Source of the DNA: a virus
Taxonomy: Duplodnaviria; Caudoviricetes
IMG/VR virus record: IMGVR_UViG_3300031949_000074
Coordinates: 1-44,747 of that record
Strand: one strand, 5' to 3'
DNA length: 44,747 nt
Shown here: piece after piece, positions 35,011 to 43,946 of the stretch
Position numbering within the stretch: position 1 is the stretch's first letter
Layout: each line of letters begins with the position of its first letter
Notes under the pieces: model-generated
What the model saw: the letters and a program-made list of their open reading frames with translations, nothing else
Database searches by the model: none
What the model was told of the DNA's origin: nothing
Position numbers and translations under genes: made by a program

Positions 35011-35248
35011 TGAGCTGAAAGTGGCGGACCTGCTGGTGGGCGATCTGGTGGAGACGCCTGACGGCCCGGGCATGGTGGCCGGCTACGTCTGGCGTGGGGC
35101 GAGGGGGCCAGTGGCGCAGACGCGGGAGCAGGCGCTTCGCCACGAGGCGCGCGGTTACAACATCTTCGTCCTGGCGGACAGCGGCCGCAACTACGCGCCC
35201 TACCAGCTAGAGAAACGCCAGAGCGCCCCAGCGGCGGGCACCGCATAG
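34943..35248 (+). CDS. Hypothetical protein (start may be 34997)
   Basis: RBS before both ATGs; LLVGDLVETPDGPGMV beta motif. Confidence 0.55.
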   Translation: MGARTRHRALPGFTGEEFMRPRSELKVADLLVGDLVETPDGPGMVAGYVWRGARGPVAQTREQALRHEARGYNIFVLADSGRNYAPYQLEKRQSAPAAGTA

Positions 35249-35294
35249 GGCGCTCCAGGCGTCCCGTCAGGAAGCAACGGAAAGGAGCAACACG

Positions 35295-35627
35295 GTGAGT
35301 ATGACACAACCAACCGGCGAAAGCAACACCCCGGCGACAACCCCGGAGCCCCAGCCCGAGCAGGTAGAACGCGCGGTTATGCGTTCTCACGTGCCGATGG
35401 AGCTGGTGCGAGAGGTAACTACCGGCTACCAGGGTCCCAACGATGACATGATGGAGCGGGTCTACGAGCAAAAGGACAGCATCCAGATCACCAAGGGCCA
35501 GAACGGAAAGATCGGGTGGGAGCTCAAGCTCTACTGCGGCAACCACACCGACATGAAGGACTGCGTAGATCGCGCCTACCTGATCGCCGCGCAGATAGAC
35601 CGCATGTTCAACGGGGCGGGCGCGTGA
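35295..35627 (+). CDS. Hypothetical protein
   Basis: RBS AAAGGAG; DSIQITKGQNGKIGWELKLY motif. Confidence 0.7.
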   Translation: MSMTQPTGESNTPATTPEPQPEQVERAVMRSHVPMELVREVTTGYQGPNDDMMERVYEQKDSIQITKGQNGKIGWELKLYCGNHTDMKDCVDRAYLIAAQIDRMFNGAGA

Positions 35628-35761
35628 TGCCATTCGAGATCATTCAGTTCGGCCTCATCCTCAGCGGCGCACTGGTGCTAATGAGCGCCATCGGGATATG
35701 GTTGCGCATCTAGTCCCGCGGCCAGGCGGCCGCCCCGAACGAAAACGATAGGAGTACCACA

Positions 35762-37321
35762 ATGCCACAGGAGTACATACACCACCTCGAGGACCGCGGG
35801 CGCATCCCGCGCATCGGCATTATCCGGCTCGGGCTCCAGCTCGAGCACCCCACCAAGAAATACGGCCGTGGCCACCCCAAGGAGGGCCAGCCGGTCACAT
35901 ATCCCAGGGCCACGGACTACTTCGTGCTACGGGATGCGCCGGGCGTCGCGGAGATCGCCGGTGAGAAGCCCACGAGCATCCCCATCCGCTTCGCCTTCGA
36001 CAACCCCCTGGACTGCCTGCCGCAGATGATGAAGAAGTACGCCGCGGGCGGCGGGCTGCGCTGCATGGGGAACGGCATTCGCTGCTTCAACCGCTGGGAG
36101 TCGCAGGGGAACGCGACGGTCCAGGTGATCAAGGACGGCGCCTGGTGCGACCAGAACTACGCCGCGCGCTACCGCAAGGAGACGGGCTACCCGTTCTGGA
36201 AGTGCCCGTGCGGCGACGCCGACGAGGACTGGCACCAGACGCACAACAAGCGCCCGGCGCCCTGCAAGCCGACCGGGCGGTTGCTCTTCCTGGTGGAGGG
36301 CGTGCCGCGGCTGGGCGTGTACCAGCTCACCGTCCACCAGCGCGCGCTCGTGAGCATGAACAAGTACCTCCAGATGGTGATCGGGCTGTTCGGCGGGCTG
36401 CGCGGCATTCCGTTCGACCTCAACCTGGTGGAGGACTCGGCGCAGATCGGCGGGAACCTGCAGCGCATCTACACGCCCCAGCTCGAGATCCGGCAGGCGT
36501 TCATGGCGTCGCGGTTCGCCGGGCTGATGGACCGCCACGCGGACCGGCTGGCGCTGGGCCCCCGCGAGGCCGACGCGCCTGCCCTACCGCAACTGCCGCC
36601 GGCCAGGCCGCCCGTCATCGACGAGGATGAGCCGCTGGACTACGACCCCACGCTGGATATCGACCCCGAGACGGGCGAGATCCTGCCGCCGGCGGAGGAG
36701 GCGCCCCTGCCGAAGCTGGACACGTCCGAGCGCCCGCTGGCGTTCAACAACCCCAAGAGCCGCCGCTATATGGCGGATGGCGACGCGCCCAAGCCCAACG
36801 GAAATGGCGACGGCAAGGCCCCGGCGGCGCCGCCGGCCATGTGCTCGAAGAGCCAGAACGCGCGGATCCACGCGCTGGCGCATGACCTGGGATGGGATGA
36901 GGGGCAGTACCACCGGGTGTTGAACTTGATCTTCCGCGTCGGGCACGCAACCGCGCTGACCGGCGCACAGGCGGCGGAGTTCATCCAGCGCATGGAGTAC
37001 GACCTTTCTCTGCAGAGCGGAGAGAGCGAGGGGCCAATGGCCACAGAGGAGACCGCGCCCGCACTCGACGCGGATGGCCAGCCCGTCTTCCCGGCGGAGA
37101 TGTTCCCGGATGGGCCGCCCCAATGGAAGCCGATGTGGCGAGCGCTGGCCGCGTCCAAGGGCACGAGCTACGCCGTGGTGGAGCTCGTGCTGAAGGGGCT
37201 GTACGGCTCGAAGGGCGAGCGTATCCCGCCCTGGTCGGAGCGGGAGCAGGTCTGGCACGACGTGTGCGTGACGCTCGACGCGCCGGCGCAGGAGCCGGCA
37301 GCGGAGGCGGCAGCGGAGTAG
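35762..37321 (+). CDS. Gp3-like (phiC31 recombination directionality factor family) protein with long C-terminal extension
   Basis: IPRIGIIRLG, YPRATDYF, LRCMGNG, CPC...CKPTGRLLFLV..VPRLGVYQL. Confidence 0.7.
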   Translation: MPQEYIHHLEDRGRIPRIGIIRLGLQLEHPTKKYGRGHPKEGQPVTYPRATDYFVLRDAPGVAEIAGEKPTSIPIRFAFDNPLDCLPQMMKKYAAGGGLRCMGNGIRCFNRWESQGNATVQVIKDGAWCDQNYAARYRKETGYPFWKCPCGDADEDWHQTHNKRPAPCKPTGRLLFLVEGVPRLGVYQLTVHQRALVSMNKYLQMVIGLFGGLRGIPFDLNLVEDSAQIGGNLQRIYTPQLEIRQAFMASRFAGLMDRHADRLALGPREADAPALPQLPPARPPVIDEDEPLDYDPTLDIDPETGEILPPAEEAPLPKLDTSERPLAFNNPKSRRYMADGDAPKPNGNGDGKAPAAPPAMCSKSQNARIHALAHDLGWDEGQYHRVLNLIFRVGHATALTGAQAAEFIQRMEYDLSLQSGESEGPMATEETAPALDADGQPVFPAEMFPDGPPQWKPMWRALAASKGTSYAVVELVLKGLYGSKGERIPPWSEREQVWHDVCVTLDAPAQEPAAEAAAE

Positions 37322-37393
37322 CACCCAGTTCGGCGACCGGTGGATGTGAAATGTGGGGCGGCGGCTATACCGACCCACCGGTGTGTAGAGGAG

Positions 37394-37675
37394 ATGGAGA
37401 TGAGCGAACCGAGATTGCGCTACGGCACGAGCAACCGGGAGATGACGCCGGACGAGCGCGCCAACGGTTGGGACAGTCTGCGTCAACGAGCCGAGGCCCT
37501 GGGCATGGAGGTTGTTGAGGACAGTGACACCGTTGAGTTCCGGCGCCAGGGCGTGACGCTGGCCGCGTTCAACGCGGGGCGGGTCAGCGCGGTGACGCTG
37601 GGAGCATGGGTGCAGGGGTATGCGCTAGGAGTAGAGGTGGTTGCGATGATACGAGATGCGGGGGGGCAGGAGTGA
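37394..37675 (+). CDS. Hypothetical protein
   Basis: RBS GAGGAG; ends in GQE and is coupled to the next gene. Confidence 0.6.
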   Translation: MEMSEPRLRYGTSNREMTPDERANGWDSLRQRAEALGMEVVEDSDTVEFRRQGVTLAAFNAGRVSAVTLGAWVQGYALGVEVVAMIRDAGGQE

Positions 37676-38160
37676 GCGAGCAGTGTGGCGTATGCGAGGG
37701 CATGGGTTATACCGAGAGGATCAGGACGCGCAACGGCATCCGCGTCGCGGCGGGCTCGTTGGTCAAGTGCCGCGATTGCGAGGGCACGGGGCGGCTTGAG
37801 AGACTGAACGTCCAGCCCGCGTCCGTGACAGTGTGGGATGAGGCGATGGAGCAAGGGGTTAGGGATGCTGTCATCATGGCGTGCGCCGCTGACAGTGCGT
37901 GCATCGTGCGCGCTCAGGGAGCCTCCCGCACCAAGCCGATGTGTAGGGGCTGCCAGTACGACGCCGATGGCGTGTGCACGATGTACGCAACCTTCACCGA
38001 GCGCATCCGCCAGGCCGTCAGGGGCAGGCGGGTGCTGGCGAGTGGAAAGATAATCTCGACGTGGAGCGACGGAACCGCAACTGTCAAATTTGATGGCAGA
38101 GAAACAGTGCCCCTCAACTCGCGTGTGCTCGTCGTCGAGCGCGAGGAGGTAGCTGAATGA
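37672..38160 (+). CDS. Modular paralog 1 (CxxCxGxG, WDE...GRRVL...VEREE family)
   Basis: GTGA coupling; shares motifs with the next two ORFs. Confidence 0.65.
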   Translation: MSEQCGVCEGMGYTERIRTRNGIRVAAGSLVKCRDCEGTGRLERLNVQPASVTVWDEAMEQGVRDAVIMACAADSACIVRAQGASRTKPMCRGCQYDADGVCTMYATFTERIRQAVRGRRVLASGKIISTWSDGTATVKFDGRETVPLNSRVLVVEREEVAE

Positions 38161-38633
38161 GCAAACGGCTGAACTCTCAGCATCCCGTGCCAGGCGGAGG
38201 GACGCAGCTACCGCAGCCGGAGGACGTGGCAGGCATCCTGAAGGGCGCGCTTAACGGAGTGCCGAGTGGCGTGTTTGTGCGCGAGAATTGGGAGACACGG
38301 CCCGTGGTGGCGTGGGATGAGACGATGGAGCGGAGGGTGGCCCCGTTGCTGTGCGAGTTATGTGGCACGGGCATCTGCGATGAGGCCGACACGACCAAAT
38401 GCCCCACACTGCGTGAGGTACTAGAGGCCATTTGCCAGGCCATCGGGGGCAGGCGAGTGCTGGCGAAACCCATCAAGGGACGCGTTGAATACTGGAGCAT
38501 CGGCACGGTAGTTGCAATCGATACACCGGAGACATGGACGCACGAGATAGACCTGATGGGCGAAGGCAACATCGGCCCCGCCAATCAGCCGGTTGACGTG
38601 CTCATCGTCGAGCGCGAGGAGGGGCAGGAGTGA
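38157..38633 (+). CDS. Modular paralog 2
   Basis: WDETMERRV, GGRRVL, VDVLIVEREEGQE. Confidence 0.65.
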   Translation: MSKRLNSQHPVPGGGTQLPQPEDVAGILKGALNGVPSGVFVRENWETRPVVAWDETMERRVAPLLCELCGTGICDEADTTKCPTLREVLEAICQAIGGRRVLAKPIKGRVEYWSIGTVVAIDTPETWTHEIDLMGEGNIGPANQPVDVLIVEREEGQE

Positions 38634-39325
38634 GCGAACTGATGCAGGTAATTGAGAAGGCGCTGTGCGAGACAGAAGAGAGCAACTACTCAAACGAGAA
38701 CGGCTGCGAGTGCCTACCATGTGAACGGCTAGGCGTGGCGTGTAGTACAAAACGATGGTGCGCCATCTACCAGCGCGTGCGCGCCGCCCATATCGCCGCT
38801 GCAATCGAGGGGGAGCAGACAACGGCGCATGTAGTTGCCCCGGCACTGTGCTCGTGGTGCGACACACCCGCAATCGGTGGGGGGTGGCGGTATGACATGC
38901 CACAGGGGCAGGGTGGCACCTTTTTCTGCGCGGGGCATGAGGAGTTTGCGCGGTTATCCGGCATTGAGCAGGTAAGCATGTTCCCACCCGCCCAGCCGCC
39001 CGAGGACGTGGTGGTGTGGGACGAGGCGACAGAGCGGAGGGTGCGGGAGTTGCTCGTGGGTATGGCAAAGGACATGGTTAGCATGCAAGTACCTGGCTTC
39101 ACCTATGCCGATACTGTTGCTATCTATGCCAAGTACGCCGAGCGCATCCGCGCCGCCGTCGGGGGCAGGCGGGTGCTGGGGCCATACCGTGCAGAAGTGC
39201 GGGACATGGGCGGGATGGTGAGTTGGGGGCGGTCAGTGTATGCCCGCGACGTGCCGGTGGCGGTGGGTGAACCAGGCGATACGGTCGATGTTCTCATCGT
39301 CGAGTGCGAGGAGGGGCAGGAGTGA
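38630..39325 (+). CDS. Modular paralog 3
   Basis: WDEATERRV, GGRRVL, VDVLIVECEEGQE. Confidence 0.65.
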   Translation: MSELMQVIEKALCETEESNYSNENGCECLPCERLGVACSTKRWCAIYQRVRAAHIAAAIEGEQTTAHVVAPALCSWCDTPAIGGGWRYDMPQGQGGTFFCAGHEEFARLSGIEQVSMFPPAQPPEDVVVWDEATERRVRELLVGMAKDMVSMQVPGFTYADTVAIYAKYAERIRAAVGGRRVLGPYRAEVRDMGGMVSWGRSVYARDVPVAVGEPGDTVDVLIVECEEGQE

Positions 39326-39429
39326 GCCTCCGCGAGGCCGACCGCATCGCCGCCGGAGATGCTGGCGCTGGCGGCGGTGACTACCCTAGCGCTGTTGGCG
39401 GCGGGGTGGGTTGATGTACAGATCGGAGC

Positions 39430-39771
39430 GTGGTGGTGATTTTCACACCGACAAACGCGGCTCTGGTGATGAGCGGACGGAAGACGCAGACAAGACGACC
39501 CGTGAAGGCGGGCGAGCACCGAGCGCCATACCAGGTTGGCCGCGGATATGCCGTACAGCCGGGGCGTGGCAAACCCGGCATCGGGCACATCCGCATCACA
39601 CGGGTGAGGATGGAGCAGGTGCAGTACATCAGCAGTCGAGACTGTCGGGCGGAGTGCGCCAAGACGCTGCTGGACTATGCGCGCATCTGGGACGGCATCT
39701 ATCACGCGACGGAGTATCGCTGGTCGGCCAACCCGTGGGTGCGGGTATATACGTTCGAGGTTATAGACTAG
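39430..39771 (+). CDS. ASCH/PUA-like domain protein
   Basis: LVMSGRKTQTRRP, IRITRVRMEQVQYIS, NPWVRVYTF. Confidence 0.8.
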   Translation: MVVIFTPTNAALVMSGRKTQTRRPVKAGEHRAPYQVGRGYAVQPGRGKPGIGHIRITRVRMEQVQYISSRDCRAECAKTLLDYARIWDGIYHATEYRWSANPWVRVYTFEVID

Positions 39772-39865
39772 GCGATTTCGGGGCGCCCGGTGGAAGCGAA
39801 TATCCGGTGGTCGGATCACTGCCAACCTTGCAAAGCACCGCCGGGCGCCCCTTGGGAGGTGAGCG

Positions 39866-40453
39866 ATGAGCCAACTAACAATCCCGGACTCCGTGACGGA
39901 TGATCCGGGCGACTACTGCCGAGGGGGGACCATCACGTTCGAGCTGCGGGGGCCCGGCGACCCGCGCTTTTGCAGACGGGCCACTATACAGATATCCACG
40001 GTCGGCCCCCAGGGCGGCATACGCGGATACTGCTCATTCGACGCGACGCGCATACATGAGGTGATCGATTGGCTCCGGGAACAACATGGCGATCTCCCCA
40101 CCACGCCACAGACGACCGCGATTGACGACGGCACACTGACCGATATCGCTGGGGTGGCTCTACGCGCCATCGAGGACGGCAACGGCCCGGTGCAGCTCCG
40201 CGCTTCGGCGGTGTGGGCGCTGGTGCATGAGGTGATGCTATCACGAGAGCAGCGGCGCGCCATCACGCGGCACGAGCAGTTGGAGGCATGGGTAGCCGCC
40301 GTTGGCGCGGCATTGCGGCAGCACGCCTGGCTGGACACGCACGACAGCTCGGAGGGGGCGGTGGTCTCACTGCGGGTGTGCTCGGACGAGATGGCCGATG
40401 ACCTATGGGGCGCCGCCTGCCGGTTGTGGCGCGAGATGGGACCGCAGGAGTGA
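39866..40453 (+). CDS. Hypothetical protein
   Basis: RBS GGGAGGTGA; 195 aa. Confidence 0.65.
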   Translation: MSQLTIPDSVTDDPGDYCRGGTITFELRGPGDPRFCRRATIQISTVGPQGGIRGYCSFDATRIHEVIDWLREQHGDLPTTPQTTAIDDGTLTDIAGVALRAIEDGNGPVQLRASAVWALVHEVMLSREQRRAITRHEQLEAWVAAVGAALRQHAWLDTHDSSEGAVVSLRVCSDEMADDLWGAACRLWREMGPQE

Positions 40454-40481
40454 CTACTATGCGAGCAGTGGAGGCGGCGCT

Positions 40482-40814
40482 GTGATCCACCTTCTCTCGG
40501 CACTGCTGCTGGCCAACGTCACATTCTCGGCGCCCCAGCCGGTGAGCGTGTCTCACTATGGCAGCGAGTATGTGGGCCTGCCGATGTACAGTGGACGGCT
40601 CTACGACCCTACTGAGCCGGTATGCGCGAGTAATGACTGGCCCATCGGGGCCGTGCTGGTGGTGGCATACCAGGGCAACGCGGCTGTGTGTGTAGTCCAG
40701 GACAGGATGCGGGACGGCGGCAATCTCGATATGACACCGGCTGGATTCGCACGCCTGGCCCCACTGAGCCGGGGAAGGGTAGATGCGACTGCATGGGAGG
40801 TGAACCGGTGGTGA
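40482..40814 (+). CDS. Secreted RlpA-like double-psi beta-barrel protein
   Basis: Signal peptide; SHYG...MYSGRLYDP...CAS..WPIG...VVQDR...LDMTPAGFARLA...GRV. Confidence 0.8.
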   Translation: MIHLLSALLLANVTFSAPQPVSVSHYGSEYVGLPMYSGRLYDPTEPVCASNDWPIGAVLVVAYQGNAAVCVVQDRMRDGGNLDMTPAGFARLAPLSRGRVDATAWEVNRW

Positions 40815-41170
40815 CACACGAGCCAATGCCGATGGAGTACGCGTTCAAGGCGTCGGCCAAGCCGCGCCCCAAGCCGCGCCCGTCTGGTCCAAACTCGCTC
40901 GAGCTGTCCGATGCGGCAGCCCGGCGAGCGGCGAAGGCCAAACGCGAGCGAGCCAAGCTGACCGCCTGGCACTACCTACCGCGTTCTCAAGCCAGCCCGT
41001 TGGATCGGGCGGCGGCGGATCTGTTTAACGCGGAGATTCACGCGGTGGGGGTGGTGCTGGACGAGTTCCGGCGAATGTGGGCCGGTTGGTACGGCACGCC
41101 GCTGCCGGCCACAAACGCGGCGGTGATTACGCTGGCGTACCGGCACGTGGTGACATGGAGTGAGAGATGA
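40811..41170 (+). CDS. Hypothetical protein
   Basis: GTGA coupling, RBS GGGAGGTG. Confidence 0.55.
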   Translation: MTHEPMPMEYAFKASAKPRPKPRPSGPNSLELSDAAARRAAKAKRERAKLTAWHYLPRSQASPLDRAAADLFNAEIHAVGVVLDEFRRMWAGWYGTPLPATNAAVITLAYRHVVTWSER

Positions 41171-41430
41171 CATCAGAGGCAGGAATCGCGAGAAAGCCAC
41201 GCGCGGCGATGAAGCCCAGACCACCATGGGCGACGATGGTAGAGAACCGATATGCCGCGGTGCGCGCGCTGCTGGGGCCGAATCCAACGCAGGATTGTGA
41301 CCTATGCCCTGGTCGGGCGGCATGCGTGGATGTTTTTGATTCGCAGTGCAACACTAATCGCATTCTAAGCGTGCCGTTCCCGTGCGGACTGATGCCGAAG
41401 TCGGATCCCATACGGATACGGGGCAAATAA
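41167..41430 (+). CDS. Hypothetical Cys-rich protein
   Basis: ATGA coupling; CDLCPGRAAC...FPC. Confidence 0.5.
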   Translation: MTSEAGIARKPRAAMKPRPPWATMVENRYAAVRALLGPNPTQDCDLCPGRAACVDVFDSQCNTNRILSVPFPCGLMPKSDPIRIRGK

Positions 41431-41489
41431 GCCGCGCGCCAGGCACGATTTGAGTTTGGGGAGACGCCGCAACCGAGGGGGGGTAGAAC

Positions 41490-42464
41490 ATGCCACGAGC
41501 ACGAATGATTAAGCCCGAGTTCTGGCTGGACGAGGGCTTGGCGCAGCTCCCACACAGCGCCCGGCTGCTCTATATCGGTCTCTGGAACTTCGCCGACGAC
41601 AACGGCAACATCGAGGCAGGCGAACGGCGCATTAAGGCCCAGGTTTTCCCGTATGAGGACACCCCGCTAGCCGACGTACAAGAGGCTTTGCGCGCCTTAG
41701 CCGGTGGCGGCTGGCTACAGCCCTATACCGTTGACGGACACGATTTTTACCATATCCCGAATTTCCCCAAACACCAGGTCATCAACCACCCCAGCAAGTT
41801 CGGCTGCCCTCTACCACCGCAGCCAAGTGGTACCACTACCGTAGCATTACCTGAGCACTCCCGTACTACTCCCGTACCACTCCGCCCTAAAACAACAGAA
41901 CAACAACGTAACCAGAAGATAAGTAGAAAACAACAACAACATGAAGGGGGTGTGGGGGAAACACAACCCCCGCCCCCACCACGTGTTGTTGTTGTTTCTG
42001 ATCTGTCTGAGGGCAACGGGGGCACGGGGGACGGGGCTGCCCCACCGGGCGTGGACATGGAGCTGGTAATCGCCTTGACCAACCGGCGTGTTGACCCGCT
42101 GAAGGCGGAAGCGCTCGCGCTGGCCAAACCTGCCAAATGTCGGGAGGCGCTCGAGGCACTAGACGATCGCATTTTGCGCGGCAAGCCGCCGGATAACGCG
42201 GCGGGCTACCTGGTGAGATTTGTCGAGAACGATTGGATTAAGGGGACCAACGGTAATGGAGCACATAGCGGAGAGCCGGAGCATAGCGGCCCTTACCTCT
42301 GGATCGACGGCTACGGAAAAAAGCGATGGGATGATCCTCCAGGAGCAAACGCGGCTGCGGTACCAGGCCCAATATCGATTAGCCATGGCGAGTGGCGACA
42401 GAAGCACCGCGATGGCGGCGTCGCGAGCACTGAGCAACCCGACGCAGGAAACACAACGCCGTGA
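41490..42464 (+). CDS. Replication initiator protein
   Basis: RARMIKPEFWLDE...ARLLYIGLWNFADDNG...IKAQVFPY...IPNFPKHQVINHPS; low-complexity middle with iterons. Confidence 0.85.
   Translation: MPRARMIKPEFWLDEGLAQLPHSARLLYIGLWNFADDNGNIEAGERRIKAQVFPYEDTPLADVQEALRALAGGGWLQPYTVDGHDFYHIPNFPKHQVINHPSKFGCPLPPQPSGTTTVALPEHSRTTPVPLRPKTTEQQRNQKISRKQQQHEGGVGETQPPPPPRVVVVSDLSEGNGGTGDGAAPPGVDMELVIALTNRRVDPLKAEALALAKPAKCREALEALDDRILRGKPPDNAAGYLVRFVENDWIKGTNGNGAHSGEPEHSGPYLWIDGYGKKRWDDPPGANAAAVPGPISISHGEWRQKHRDGGVASTEQPDAGNTTP
41834..42004. repeat. Putative replication origin: 11-bp iterons plus A-rich tract
   Basis: CACTACCGTAG, CATTACCTGAG, CACTCCCGTAC, TACTCCCGTAC, CACTCCG in tandem; then an AAC-rich tract and its inverted copy GTTGTTGTT. 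Confidence 0.75.
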
Positions 42465-42564
42465 GGATCCTCACACCTGTCGCCATTGTGGCGGTACGGG
42501 TTGGGTGGCCTACTGGCACAGCCTGGACGCGACGGGCTATAAGAAATGCGATTGCAAACGATGA
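42256..42564 (+). CDS. Small zinc-finger protein overlapping the initiator 3' end
   Basis: RBS AAGGGG; CRHCGGTGWV...KKCDC; stop coupled (ATGA) to rusA. Confidence 0.6.
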   Translation: MEHIAESRSIAALTSGSTATEKSDGMILQEQTRLRYQAQYRLAMASGDRSTAMAASRALSNPTQETQRREDPHTCRHCGGTGWVAYWHSLDATGYKKCDCKR

Positions 42565-42971
42565 ACATCATCGTCTACGGCATCCCCGTGGGCAAGGGGA
42601 GTATGCGAGCCCTACCGACCAATGGCGGGCGCACCATCGTCACCAATGACAGCCCGAAGACTCGCATCTGGCAAGACGCGATCGCCTTCGCCGCCGGCTC
42701 CAAGCCCGGCATCAATGCCCACCTGGACTGCCCGTGCGAGCTACTGCTCACGTTTGGTTTCATCCCGCCCAAGCGCCGCACGCGGGTATACCCCGCCGTG
42801 CGGCCTGACGCCGACAAACTGGCCCGTACGGTCCTGGACGCTCTCACCGGCATAGCCTATGCCGATGACTCACAGGTGGTGGGGTTGACCGTGGAAAAAA
42901 ACTATGACGAGCTCCCGGGCGTGGAGATATTGGTGCGCTGGTTCGTTGACGGGAAGTGGGTGGACGCATGA
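42561..42971 (+). CDS. rusA: RusA-family Holliday junction resolvase
   Basis: PVGKGSMR, RPDADKLARTVLDALTGIAYADDSQVV. Confidence 0.92.
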   Translation: MNIIVYGIPVGKGSMRALPTNGGRTIVTNDSPKTRIWQDAIAFAAGSKPGINAHLDCPCELLLTFGFIPPKRRTRVYPAVRPDADKLARTVLDALTGIAYADDSQVVGLTVEKNYDELPGVEILVRWFVDGKWVDA

Positions 42972-43005
42972 GTTTATGCTGGAAGCGCGGAGAGGAAGGT
43001 GTCTG

Positions 43006-43803
43006 GTGACTGCTGAGCCAGAATTGCTCACCGCCGATGAGGAGCGCCGTTTGCTGGACATGGCTCATGTGCACGGCATGCGCATTCGCAAACCCGAGCA
43101 TCATGGGCCGCGCCTGTCATGCCCCTGCTCGGACGAGCCGTTGGAGAAGGCGGATATGTTCGCACACCTGCGCCTGCACCACGGGATGTTGGAGCGCGAG
43201 GCCCGACTGATGGTGACGTTGCTGGTGGCCATCGGGGCGAAACATGGGGACGCGAGAGCAGGGGAGGCAACGCTGATGACGACTATGACTGACGAGCGGT
43301 TAGTGGAGATACGGGCGCTAGTGGAGGACGACTGCGATGGCATGGTGCGCACGTGGGGGGCGCTTATCAGCGCCCTGCGCGACCTGCTGGCGGCGTATGA
43401 CGAGATGGCGGAGGTCAACGCGGGGCAGGCCGATATCGTGCTGGCGACGTATGAGCGGGCCGAGAAAGCGGAGGCAGAACTAGCGCTCATCACCTCCGTA
43501 CGCAGTGGAGCAATCCCCTTGCAGGAACTATGCGACAGTCTGGAGACTGAGCGCGACACGGTTATCACTTTCTGCAATGAGTTGAGCGATGCACTTACGG
43601 ACGCACAAGCCGAGCGTGACCGCTTGCGCGCCGAGCTCAACAAAATCGGGGTGTTTGCGGCAGATGGGGTGATGTGGGCCGTGGTGGAGTTAGCAAACTG
43701 GAATGAACTTCACAAAGAGCGCGACCGCCTGCGCGTACGAGCATGGAATCTAGAGGCACAGTTGGAAGCGATTGACCCGAACAACAAGGAGCTTGAGCCA
43801 TGA
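43006..43803 (+). CDS. Hypothetical protein: C2H2-like N-terminus, coiled-coil C-terminus (possible internal start near 43276)
   Basis: CPC...HLRLHH; internal RBS GGGGAGG before MTTMTDERL; coiled coil. Confidence 0.55.
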   Translation: MTAEPELLTADEERRLLDMAHVHGMRIRKPEHHGPRLSCPCSDEPLEKADMFAHLRLHHGMLEREARLMVTLLVAIGAKHGDARAGEATLMTTMTDERLVEIRALVEDDCDGMVRTWGALISALRDLLAAYDEMAEVNAGQADIVLATYERAEKAEAELALITSVRSGAIPLQELCDSLETERDTVITFCNELSDALTDAQAERDRLRAELNKIGVFAADGVMWAVVELANWNELHKERDRLRVRAWNLEAQLEAIDPNNKELEP

Positions 43804-43946
43804 CCGGCACTATCGCGCTGATGCTCTACGGCACGACCGCCGTCATCGCCGTCTACGCCGCACTGATCGCGCTCAAGGGGCTGTGGCTGGGGGCGGAATG
43901 GGCGTGGGGTATATTGGTATTGCGACATAGGAGACTGGCCCCTTGA
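43800..43946 (+). CDS. Small membrane protein (48 aa)
   Basis: ATGA coupling; MTGTIALMLYGTTAVIAVYAALIALKGLWL..., read by hand. Confidence 0.55.
   Translation: MTGTIALMLYGTTAVIAVYAALIALKGLWLGAEWAWGILVLRHRRLAP

Noticed and set aside
35260-35271. CGTCCCGTCAGG matching the 5' part of late RNA element copy 1
   Set aside because: Only 12 nt; lacks the GCGA/TCGC hairpin and closing GGGAC, so not counted as a third copy.
37672-39325. Paralog repeats as DGR template/variable regions
   Set aside because: Differences are not adenine-specific and no reverse transcriptase is present.
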